Shown here: positions 29,662-37,352 of the stretch, piece after piece
Numbering within the stretch: position 1 is the first letter of the stretch
Layout of the letters: every line of letters begins with the position of its first letter
Origin: an uncultured Bacilli bacterium
GTDB lineage: Bacteria > Bacillota_I > Bacilli_A > RF39 > UBA660
Direction: 5' to 3'
Assembly (NCBI GenBank): GCA_949425635.1
Contig: CASPWD010000005.1
Coordinates: 28,552-92,551, forward strand
DNA: 64,000 nucleotides
The notes under the pieces: model-generated
Told to the model about the DNA's origin: nothing
Seen by the model: the letters and a program-made list of their open reading frames with translations, nothing else
Database searches by the model: none
Translations under genes and position numbers: made by a program

Positions 29662-30208
29662 AATTTAAAATATTTTTTATTAACTCAAATTCTTCTTTAT
29701 GATTAATTATTTCATCATTAGCAATTAATGTAAGAAGTTCTTCTTTTGTAAACCAACGTGCTTCACTTACCTCTTCTACTTGTACTATTATATCTTCAAG
29801 GTCAACGTCGGATTTTATTAAATAGACATAGACAAATTCTTTACTATTTACTCCGTTGCTTAAAAATTCTTCTTTTATTTTATTTAAAAATTGAAATTCA
29901 AATTTTTCTGAGTCTAAACCTAGTTCCTCTGCTAATTCTCTTTTGGCAGAAATAAGTGGTTCTTCTCCTGTAGTAATATGACCACCAACTGTTATGTCCC
30001 ACATATTGGGATATAGTTTTTTATCTGGACATCTTTTTTGTAAAAGTATTTTTGTTTTATCTTCGTTAATTAGTAAAATGTGAATTGAGCTATGCCATAT
30101 TCCATTTTGATGAGCTTTATTTTTACTGATCGTTTCTCCTGTTTTTTCTCCTGTAGTTTCATCATAAATATCAATTATTTCTTCCATTTTTCTACTCTTT
30201 TCTTTCAT
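29660..30208 (-). CDS. Nudix hydrolase
   Basis: Complete Nudix box 'GGHITTGEEPLISAKRELAEELGL'. Overlaps the upstream gene by 4 nt. Confidence 0.75.
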   Translation of the reverse strand: MKEKSRKMEEIIDIYDETTGEKTGETISKNKAHQNGIWHSSIHILLINEDKTKILLQKRCPDKKLYPNMWDITVGGHITTGEEPLISAKRELAEELGLDSEKFEFQFLNKIKEEFLSNGVNSKEFVYVYLIKSDVDLEDIIVQVEEVSEARWFTKEELLTLIANDEIINHKEEFELIKNILN

Positions 30209-30999
30209 TTATTTTTTAGATTTTCTTCATTATATTGGCAAAGAACCGATGGACGATGACCACCTGTTTGAACCATTTCCTCTGTTAAAATTACCTTGTC
30301 AGCAATCGTTCTACGGAAAGCAGAATTTACTAATTTTTTATTTAGTAAAAGTTCATATACTTGTTTTAGTTCGCCTATCGTAAATTTTTCTGGCATTAAG
30401 TTAAAGACTATATCTGTATTATTTACTTTGTTTCGAAGTTCCATAATACCATCGATTATTAATTTAGCATGGTCAAAAGCAAGATTACTTTGAGAAGTCA
30501 CTTCATAATTATATTCATCACTTTTTATGTCGATAGGTATTTTCTTAACATCATAGTTAATCGTTTCTTCTCCATTAGTTAATACTATATGATAAAAGTT
30601 ATTTTCTTCTGTTATACATATATCAAACCAACAAGCATTTTCTTGTAGTTTTTCTACTAATAATGTACGATCAATTAATGCCATGTATGATACTGATATC
30701 ACTCTACCTCTAGGATCTCGATTTACAGCATCATTAACACTTAATTGTTGCATGTAGACATTAGTAAGACCTGTTTCTTTTGTTAAGACCCTATCACTAG
30801 CGATTTTAGAAGTTTCACCTGATTCAATAAATCCACCTGGAAGACACCACTTATCAACAAATGGTTCCTTATCTCTTTTAACAAGTAAAATACTAAAATG
30901 CTTTACAGGAAGAGAACGCGTGTTAGCGTTCTTTCGACTATCAATACCGAATATAAGTAAGTCAGTTGTGTATGCTACATTAAATTTTATTTTTTTCAT
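30205..30999 (-). CDS. NrtR-like regulator (degenerate Nudix domain + C-terminal winged helix)
   Basis: The Nudix box is degenerate: 'PGGFIESGETSKIASDRVLTKETGL', with RE changed to DR and EE to KE. The C-terminus 'LAFDHAKLI...LMPEKFTIGELKQVYELLLNKKL..SAFRRTI...RPSVLCQY' matches the NrtR wHTH pattern. Confidence 0.65.
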   Translation of the reverse strand: MKKIKFNVAYTTDLLIFGIDSRKNANTRSLPVKHFSILLVKRDKEPFVDKWCLPGGFIESGETSKIASDRVLTKETGLTNVYMQQLSVNDAVNRDPRGRVISVSYMALIDRTLLVEKLQENACWFDICITEENNFYHIVLTNGEETINYDVKKIPIDIKSDEYNYEVTSQSNLAFDHAKLIIDGIMELRNKVNNTDIVFNLMPEKFTIGELKQVYELLLNKKLVNSAFRRTIADKVILTEEMVQTGGHRPSVLCQYNEENLKNK

Positions 31000-31319
31000 A
31001 AATACATTCTCCCATTAACATCTAATCTAATCTCTTTAACGCTTACTCTCAAGTTTTGTAAAGCTCTTCTTTTAACAGTAGTCGGAAGCTTTGATGCGTT
31101 AATATCTGTTTCTATATTACAACATGGACATTTAAATGTATAGCAGAAATCTTGTTTAGAATACATAAAATCAGGTGTTTCTTCATCTTTTAAAATAGGT
31201 ATTGCATAAATATCTTCGGCTTCAACTTCTAATACTGCTCCACATCCACCACCATTAGTTCCTATTCCTAGACAATAATGTTTTATTGACCATTTTTTTC
31301 CTTCATTTAATACCTTCAT
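30996..31319 (-). CDS. Small Cys-rich (putative Zn-ribbon) protein, paralog 5 of 5
   Basis: MKVLNEG..W.I..YC...GGGCGAVLEVEAEDIY...YTFKCPCCNIET.I. Has its own AGGGGA RBS. Confidence 0.7.
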   Translation of the reverse strand: MKVLNEGKKWSIKHYCLGIGTNGGGCGAVLEVEAEDIYAIPILKDEETPDFMYSKQDFCYTFKCPCCNIETDINASKLPTTVKRRALQNLRVSVKEIRLDVNGRMYL

Positions 31320-31342
31320 TTTTATTTCCCCTAATTAATTTT

Positions 31343-31669
31343 TTATCTATACCCTAATTTTTTTAAGTACTTTAACTTTGTTCCATTGGCTTGTTCAATA
31401 TTAAGGATCGCTTTTCTAACTTCTATAGGTATTTCACTATCATCAATCAAAGTTTCTTTATTACAGCATGGACATTTAAATGTATAAGAGAAATCATTAT
31501 AATTGGAAAGTTCACTATTTCTCTTATCATTATTAGCTTTCTGTTGATAACTTAAATAGATATCCACAGCTTCTACTTCTAATAAAGCTTCGCAGCCACC
31601 ATCATTATTTTTATTAGCTATGCATTCTTTTTCAATCTTCCAAATAACTGGTTCTTTTACAACTTTCAT
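31343..31669 (-). CDS. Small Cys-rich (putative Zn-ribbon) protein, paralog 4 of 5
   Basis: I place the start at MKVVKEP, by analogy with the paralogs. Motifs 'W.IEKEC', 'GGCEALLEVEAVDIY' and 'YTFKCPCCNKET'. Confidence 0.7.
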   Translation of the reverse strand: MKVVKEPVIWKIEKECIANKNNDGGCEALLEVEAVDIYLSYQQKANNDKRNSELSNYNDFSYTFKCPCCNKETLIDDSEIPIEVRKAILNIEQANGTKLKYLKKLGYR

Positions 31670-31694
31670 TACCATCACCGCCATATATTAACAA

Positions 31695-32024
31695 TTATTT
31701 CTTAGATAAAGTTTTTTTATAATCACTCAATCTTTTTTTAGAAGATTCGGTGGTCTTTAATAACTTTCTCATTCTTTCTGGAATGTCATTTTTATTTATT
31801 AAATTTTCTTTTCCACAACATGGACATTTAAAAGCATAAGATTCATCAATGTAGTAATGTAGATATTCATCTCCTGAATTACTATAAGATTTTTGTTTAA
31901 AATTTAAATATATGTCTTCTAAAGAAACTTCTAATATTGCTCCACATCCAAGTTCACTATAATTATCAAGACATTCTTGTTGAATAGTCCAAGTAATTTT
32001 AATAGGTTCTTTTATAACTTTCAT
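31695..32024 (-). CDS. Small Cys-rich (putative Zn-ribbon) protein, paralog 3 of 5
   Basis: MKVIKEP...WTIQQEC...LGCGAILEVSLEDIY...YAFKCPCCGKEN. AGAGG RBS. Confidence 0.7.
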   Translation of the reverse strand: MKVIKEPIKITWTIQQECLDNYSELGCGAILEVSLEDIYLNFKQKSYSNSGDEYLHYYIDESYAFKCPCCGKENLINKNDIPERMRKLLKTTESSKKRLSDYKKTLSKK

Positions 32025-32043
32025 ACATTTACCTCTTTAATTG

Positions 32044-32376
32044 TTAACTTTTGCTTAACTTTTTTTGATTATTTGATTCCTTTTTTTCTTTTTCTTTATT
32101 CACTATGATTTTTCTTATTTTATCAGGAATATCATTATCTTTTATAGATGTTTCTTTTCCACAACATGGACACCTAAAAACAAATATCTGAACTTGATAA
32201 CGATAGCTTTCTCCATCACGTTCATCATATCCATATTGCATTTTCATCTTTGGATATATATCAGACATATCAACTTCTAATACTGCTCCACAACCATAAT
32301 CTCCAGTACTAACATCTGCTATACATTCTTTTTCAATACTCCAAGAAACTGGAACTGGTTCTTTTATTATTTTCAT
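32044..32376 (-). CDS. Small Cys-rich (putative Zn-ribbon) protein, paralog 2 of 5
   Basis: MKIIKEP...WSIEKEC...YGCGAVLEVDMSDIY...FVFRCPCCGKET. GGAGG RBS. Confidence 0.7.
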   Translation of the reverse strand: MKIIKEPVPVSWSIEKECIADVSTGDYGCGAVLEVDMSDIYPKMKMQYGYDERDGESYRYQVQIFVFRCPCCGKETSIKDNDIPDKIRKIIVNKEKEKKESNNQKKLSKS

Positions 32377-32395
32377 AGTAGGTATACCTCCAAAC

Positions 32396-32662
32396 TTATC
32401 TACTTAAACTTCTTCCTCTATTTCTTGCAAGATTTCTAACTCCTGAAGGAACTAATTTATCAGGAATATCAGTTTCGACTCCACAGCAAGGACATTTGAA
32501 TGTCCAGAAATAATCTGTATCTCCTGTGTAGTCTGTACTAGATGTTTGATAGATGTCTTCTTTTTCTACAGCAAGTAATGCACCACATCCGCCACCACCA
32601 TTTCCTACTCCAGTACAAGTTTGTTCTATTGACCATCCTGGTCCTTCTTTTAGCACTTTCAT
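32396..32662 (-). CDS. Small Cys-rich (putative Zn-ribbon) protein, paralog 1 of 5
   Basis: MKVLKEGPGWSIEQTC...GGGGCGALLAVEKEDIY...WTFKCPCCGVET. GAGGAG RBS. Confidence 0.7.
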   Translation of the reverse strand: MKVLKEGPGWSIEQTCTGVGNGGGGCGALLAVEKEDIYQTSSTDYTGDTDYFWTFKCPCCGVETDIPDKLVPSGVRNLARNRGRSLSR

Positions 32663-32679
32663 TTTATCATCTCCTCACA

Positions 32680-32749
32680 TAGTTACATTTTAATACTAAG
32701 TATCGTGTTTTGTCAATATACTTTGTTACATTTTTGTACAAAGTATATT
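32680..32749 (-). promoter_or_regulatory. Promoter with long palindromic operator upstream of the five-paralog operon
   Basis: On the minus strand, TTGACA (complement of 32711-32716) is followed after 18 nt by TAAAAT. A perfect 12-bp inverted repeat, AATATACTTTGT (32715-26) and ACAAAGTATATT (32738-49), has an 11-nt spacer and abuts/overlaps the -35. Confidence 0.55.
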
Positions 32750-32756
32750 TGATTCA

Positions 32757-32783
32757 TAAAAAAATCCCCTGCTTTTAGGGATT
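32757..32783 (-). terminator. Intrinsic terminator after the modification operon
   Basis: Minus-strand ATCCCTAAAAGCAGGGGAT followed by T7, 3 nt after the methyltransferase stop codon. Confidence 0.7.
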
Positions 32784-32786
32784 TTA

Positions 32787-33476
32787 TTATTTTACAAATT
32801 CGAACAAAACTATCTTATGTTCAATAAGTTCACTCTTAACTCTACTTGCTACCTCTACTCCATATATTTCTAAAAAACATTTTCGTGCTTCGTCTTTGGA
32901 ATCAAATTTAAAATAAGTATTAAATCTTTCCATGACTTTAAATCCGTTATTCAAAATCCAATTATTATAATCTTTAGTACGTGTATCTTTATCGTGGCCT
33001 CTTAAAGTTTCAAATTCACTATCTTCCTCATTTTCAATTAATATAATCTTTCCACCTGGTTTTAAGACTCTCTTTAAATCTTGCAAACATAATTCTCTAT
33101 CTCCTAAATCAGTAATTGTTCCAAGAACCCATGGTGATACAATTAAATCAATTGAATCAGAACATAACATTGTATCTTTTAAATTAGTATTAACAAAAAT
33201 TGAATTTTCTTTTCTAGACTTTATTTTAGCTTTTACTAGTTGATTGAATGATAAGTCTATTCCAATATATTTACTTGAGACATCTTCTAAAATTTGTAAA
33301 AACTTACCTGTACCGCAGCCTGCATCCAATACAATCTTATCTTTTGCTATTTTACTTAAATAATTTACAACTTTACTTTCACCATCTTCCGCTTTACTAA
33401 ATATTTCATAGTAATCATTATTTTCATAGTAGGCACTAGAATCTTTTAAGAGATTTTTTTCTTTCATCTTCCTCAC
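32787..33476 (-). CDS. Class I SAM-dependent methyltransferase
   Basis: Motif I 'VLDAGCGTGKF' and post-I 'GIDLS'. Overlaps the end of the ATP-grasp gene. Confidence 0.75.
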   Translation of the reverse strand: MRKMKEKNLLKDSSAYYENNDYYEIFSKAEDGESKVVNYLSKIAKDKIVLDAGCGTGKFLQILEDVSSKYIGIDLSFNQLVKAKIKSRKENSIFVNTNLKDTMLCSDSIDLIVSPWVLGTITDLGDRELCLQDLKRVLKPGGKIILIENEEDSEFETLRGHDKDTRTKDYNNWILNNGFKVMERFNTYFKFDSKDEARKCFLEIYGVEVASRVKSELIEHKIVLFEFVK

Positions 33477-34500
33477 TTCTTTCTTTTGTTTCTGGATATA
33501 TTAAATCCACCATGTACTTAGCAATATTCTGTGATTTACCAATTGCTGGGCGAAAATGCATATGTACTCCTGGTACTGTATTAATCTCAATAATACGATA
33601 TGTTCCCATATTTTGTTTTTTATCAATGCTATTTGTCATAAAATCAATTCCTACATAAGGAAGTCCAGGAAAGGCTTCAAGGACACGCATTCCAATGTCA
33701 ATAACACTTTCGTGGACCTTGTCAGTATAATCAACACATAGGCCACCCATTGCAACATTTGAATTCGGTCGTAAGTAAACTTTCTTTCCTAATTTAGGAA
33801 TAGTATTCATGCTTATACCATTTTTGTTCATGAATCTTAGCATTTCCTCATCTACTAGAATTTCACACAATGCATTAGTGCGTGGATGCATACGATAATA
33901 ATTTTCTTCAGCTATTAATTCCTTTATTGTCTTCTTACCATCACCGTAAACGTGAGCAGGATCTCTTAATAATACAGCATAATCTCTATTCTTAGTTATA
34001 AATACTCTAAACTCTTTTGATGCGAAATATTCTTCGATTAGAACTTTAGCTTTTTCACCTTTACTTCTTATTATCTTTGCTAACGCTTCTATAACATCTT
34101 CTTTAGTTCTAAGATCTGTATAAACATCGTAGCCATGTGAACCAAAAACTGGTTTTAAAACAACTGGACGGTTTAGAATTTCAAATGCCTTAAGAATATC
34201 TGATTTATAATTTGCACTAAAAACTGCACCAGTTGGAACACTGATTCCTGCATTAAACAATATTTCTTTAGTGATTCCCTTATCACCAGCAAGAATAGAA
34301 ACATTGTATGGCATTATTGAAGAATCACGATCATATATTAATTCATCATGTCCTTGATAAGATGCTTTTATTAATTCAAGTCCCTCATCTAAAACGTCAA
34401 CTTTAATTCCACGACGTAACATTTCATAAATTAAAATTTTTTGATTAGAATGTAAATTTTTATAAATATTTTCCATATCACCATCTACTTTCGCCATCAT
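33436..34500 (-). CDS. ATP-grasp ligase (GshF C-terminal / cyanophycin-synthetase-type)
   Basis: 'DKGITKEILFNAGISVPTG', 'VVLKPVFGSHGYDV', 'HVYGDGKKTIKELI', 'LRPNSNVAMGG..VDYTD.VH' and 'IIEINTVPGVHMHFRP' resemble the amino-acid-ligating ATP-grasp of GshF/CphA. An alternative start (ATG, complement 34474-34476) lies 1 nt after the stop of the upstream gene. Confidence 0.7.
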   Translation of the reverse strand: MMAKVDGDMENIYKNLHSNQKILIYEMLRRGIKVDVLDEGLELIKASYQGHDELIYDRDSSIMPYNVSILAGDKGITKEILFNAGISVPTGAVFSANYKSDILKAFEILNRPVVLKPVFGSHGYDVYTDLRTKEDVIEALAKIIRSKGEKAKVLIEEYFASKEFRVFITKNRDYAVLLRDPAHVYGDGKKTIKELIAEENYYRMHPRTNALCEILVDEEMLRFMNKNGISMNTIPKLGKKVYLRPNSNVAMGGLCVDYTDKVHESVIDIGMRVLEAFPGLPYVGIDFMTNSIDKKQNMGTYRIIEINTVPGVHMHFRPAIGKSQNIAKYMVDLIYPETKERSEEDERKKSLKRF

Positions 34501-35086
34501 GACTTTCAGATGAGTCGTATCCCCAACTTGAATAGGATGGAGAAACCTTCTTTTTTGGAGTTAATGTAAGTTTTTTTACTTCATTAATCTTTTCCTCAAA
34601 TTCATCACTTTCTTTCTCAATTTCACTAATTATACGGTCTTCCCTAATTTGTCTTAGTTTTTCTATTTGCTGTTTTCTCCTTTTTAAAGATTTGCTATAT
34701 TTTTCTCCTCTTCCTTGTAATTGTTCTAAAACAGGTATTGTTATTTCTAGTTGTTCGATTAAAGAATCAATATCTTCAAAGTTACTATACTTAGCTGGAA
34801 TACTTGAATCATCTAGCGTTCTATCTATTGTTGGTTTTGATGTAGTTTGTTTCGGTTGGCTACTTCTTATAATAGGAGCACACGATTCACTTGCTTCCCT
34901 ACTTTCAGAGGATACAAAACCTCTTACACTTCTTGGAGTTTGTGTAACACGACTTTCACTAGATTCATGAGATTCACTAGACCATGATGAAAATGGGGTG
35001 TAACTTCTACTTTCACTAGAACACCTACTTTCACTTGAATATCCGTAAGAATATCCTCTACTTTCTCCACTACGACTTTCACTCAT
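34478..35086 (-). CDS. SES[RH]-repeat protein with central coiled coil (unknown function)
   Basis: A strong AAGGAG RBS lies 10 nt upstream, inside the end of the previous gene. The N-terminal ~80 aa carry 8 copies of (S/G)ES(R/H/C), interspersed with GYSYGYS and SSWS. The middle is a K/E/R-rich helical segment. The C-terminus ends 'SSWGYDSSESHDGESRW'. Confidence 0.65.
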   Translation of the reverse strand: MSESRSGESRGYSYGYSSESRCSSESRSYTPFSSWSSESHESSESRVTQTPRSVRGFVSSESREASESCAPIIRSSQPKQTTSKPTIDRTLDDSSIPAKYSNFEDIDSLIEQLEITIPVLEQLQGRGEKYSKSLKRRKQQIEKLRQIREDRIISEIEKESDEFEEKINEVKKLTLTPKKKVSPSYSSWGYDSSESHDGESRW

Positions 35087-35092
35087 TTTAAC

Positions 35093-35929
35093 TCATCTCC
35101 TTAATATTATTACGCCATCACTTTTTTCTTCTTCTGGTTCTAGCGCACTTCTAAATCTTTTTGCTTCATAATTTTTAAAAACTTTATCTACTAAACTTAA
35201 ATTATCGATTTCACTTCTTGGATTACTATTTCCAATATCATAAAGGTAGGCCATATAAATTTTCTTAACTCTATCTAGAAATTTATTCATCAAATCCCTA
35301 TACTTTATAAGTCCATCTTTACCATACATCATTCCAATATAATCAGATATATTAGATAAAAACATATAATCAAAATATTCATCTAACTCTAAATTTTCTA
35401 AACTACAAGTAATATGTCTAATTTTTAATCCACTCAACTTATCTTTAACTAAATTATAACTATCTTCATTTAAATATAAATTCTGCCATACTTTACTATC
35501 TGGATTAAAATACTTACGATTAAAATAATGAGAATTTTTTAAGCTTCTTCCATCTTTATTAAACTCTTGTAATTTATCTAACCAAAACATTCTACTTTCA
35601 ACTGGCAAATCCAAACTGGAAATAATATCATAATCAAAGCTTATCTTTGTATCATAAAGAAGGAAATTAACAAAATCATTAAAATCTAACTTTTTTAATG
35701 CTGATAATTTCAAATCCATGTACTTCTCAGTAAGTGGATTAATATCAAACGTTGTAACATCAAGTCCACCTCTAGCTACTATATTTAAAATATGATCAGT
35801 TGAACCAGTAACTGTTATTACTTTTGTACCAGTTAAATCTAAATCATCCATATATCCTGCGATATTCTCCGTTGTAAAAGGATAAATACTATCAAATCTT
35901 TCCATAACATTTACCACTTCCTTTTGCAC
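35093..35929 (-). CDS. DUF3419 / BtaA-like SAM-dependent (3-amino-3-carboxypropyl-transferase-like) protein
   Basis: 'TKVITVTGSTDHILNIVARGGLDVTTFDINPLTEKYMDLKLSALKKLDFNDFVNFL' matches the BtaA-family pattern as I remember it (xVLxIxSxGxNxL....V.AVD.NP.Q..LLELK.AA...L....F..F). Recognised from memory only. Confidence 0.5.
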   Translation of the reverse strand: MQKEVVNVMERFDSIYPFTTENIAGYMDDLDLTGTKVITVTGSTDHILNIVARGGLDVTTFDINPLTEKYMDLKLSALKKLDFNDFVNFLLYDTKISFDYDIISSLDLPVESRMFWLDKLQEFNKDGRSLKNSHYFNRKYFNPDSKVWQNLYLNEDSYNLVKDKLSGLKIRHITCSLENLELDEYFDYMFLSNISDYIGMMYGKDGLIKYRDLMNKFLDRVKKIYMAYLYDIGNSNPRSEIDNLSLVDKVFKNYEAKRFRSALEPEEEKSDGVIILRR

Positions 35930-37352
35930 ATAAGAACTTAGTTAACTTTTTATCTTTTAATACTTCGTCAAGTGGATTATCTCGTAAAGATATATCAGAT
36001 ATACAGGTCTTATCTACTTCATGTACCCAAGGACATGGACTTACTTGACCAAAATTGTTTATATATAAAAACTTATCTCCAGCTGGACATCTATGAATCG
36101 TAATTGGTTGATGTCCAAAGTTATAATTCACTACAATTTTTCCTTTATATTTACTTCTAAGATCATCGAGTTCACTTATTAAATCTTCTGTATTTCTTTT
36201 CTTAAATAAACTTTTATCTTGTCCTTCAACAGGTTCCATAATAGAAAATATTATTTCATCAGCTGCTAAGCTACTAGAATCTCTTATTAATCCTTCCAAA
36301 TTTCTCTCATTATTAGCATGTATTACAGCTCCGACTCTTACCTTATTTGTTGAATTCTTTAGTAACTCAATTCCCCTAATTGTTCTTAGATAAGTATCTT
36401 TACCTCTAACTGCTTCATGTTCTAACCTATTTCCATCTAAACTAACATGAATCATTTTCAGTTTAAGTTCATTAAGTAATCTTACCTTTTCTTCAGTAAG
36501 AAGTGATGCATTAGTAGAAATATCTGTTATTAATTTACTACTTGCATATCTTAAAATATCTATAATATCTCTTATAATAAAAGGTTCTCCACCAGTTATC
36601 TTTAGATGTCTAAAATCATGTGTACAAAGCTCATCAATTATATGAAAACATTCTTCTGTAGTTAGTTCATTCGTAATCTTACTATTCTTATGGCAAGAAA
36701 ATATACAATAAGAACAACCATAATTACATTTATGAGTTATCTCCCAAATTGCCTTACCTCCACCATCATTAGGTAACGTAAATTTACAATCCATTCCATT
36801 AATAAAGCTTTGTATTAATTCCATATCTACGTTTGTATCATTATTAACAACTAAAACATTATTGGCTTCGAGTCTACTCCTATCAAATTCTTGTAATTTG
36901 AATCTTTGTAATATTTCCTCTTTTGATAGATCGCTATTCCCAAGTCTTTCTAATCTCTTATTAACACTAGTATCAACATAGATTATTTTCTCAAATAAAC
37001 TTTCCAAATTATCATTAAATATTAATGCCCAATCAACTAAAATTGTTTTATTATCAAACTCTTCAATATACATCATAAAATATCTATAAAGAACTTCCTT
37101 ATATCTATTCATATAATCTTCATTTGAATAAATAAACTTATTTAATATTCTAGAATCAACTTCATTATATAAATTTAATTCTGGTATAGCTCTCTTTAGC
37201 TCATTAACATAACTTTCATTCTTAAATAGACTTCTTCTAAATTCATCGACATCTATATAAATAAAATCTCTATTATCAAGCATTATCTTTCTAGCAATTG
37301 TTGTTTTACCAGCAGACATCCCACCAGTTATTCCTATTAATCTATTCTTCAT
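35892..37352 (-). CDS. Fusion protein: dephospho-CoA-kinase-like P-loop NTPase + radical SAM/SPASM domain
   Basis: N-terminal 'LIGITGGMSAGKTT' (CoaE-like Walker A) spans about 190 aa. Then 'CNYGCSYC' (CxxxCxxC) and 'ITGGEPF'. The C-terminus 'HRCPAGDKFLYINNFGQVSPCPW...C...C....C' is SPASM/twitch-like. I place the start at MKNRLIG. Confidence 0.75.
   Translation of the reverse strand: MKNRLIGITGGMSAGKTTIARKIMLDNRDFIYIDVDEFRRSLFKNESYVNELKRAIPELNLYNEVDSRILNKFIYSNEDYMNRYKEVLYRYFMMYIEEFDNKTILVDWALIFNDNLESLFEKIIYVDTSVNKRLERLGNSDLSKEEILQRFKLQEFDRSRLEANNVLVVNNDTNVDMELIQSFINGMDCKFTLPNDGGGKAIWEITHKCNYGCSYCIFSCHKNSKITNELTTEECFHIIDELCTHDFRHLKITGGEPFIIRDIIDILRYASSKLITDISTNASLLTEEKVRLLNELKLKMIHVSLDGNRLEHEAVRGKDTYLRTIRGIELLKNSTNKVRVGAVIHANNERNLEGLIRDSSSLAADEIIFSIMEPVEGQDKSLFKKRNTEDLISELDDLRSKYKGKIVVNYNFGHQPITIHRCPAGDKFLYINNFGQVSPCPWVHEVDKTCISDISLRDNPLDEVLKDKKLTKFLCAKGSGKCYGKI

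Noticed and set aside
33436-34500. Assigning the ATP-grasp enzyme to the microviridin/graspetide macrocyclase family
   Set aside because: The recognisable motifs (HV.GDG..TI..LI; LRPN.N...GG...D.TD..H; IIE.N..PG..MH..P) look like GshF C-terminal/cyanophycin-synthetase-type amino-acid ligases, not MdnB/C-type enzymes. Graspetide chemistry therefore remains only one of several hypotheses.
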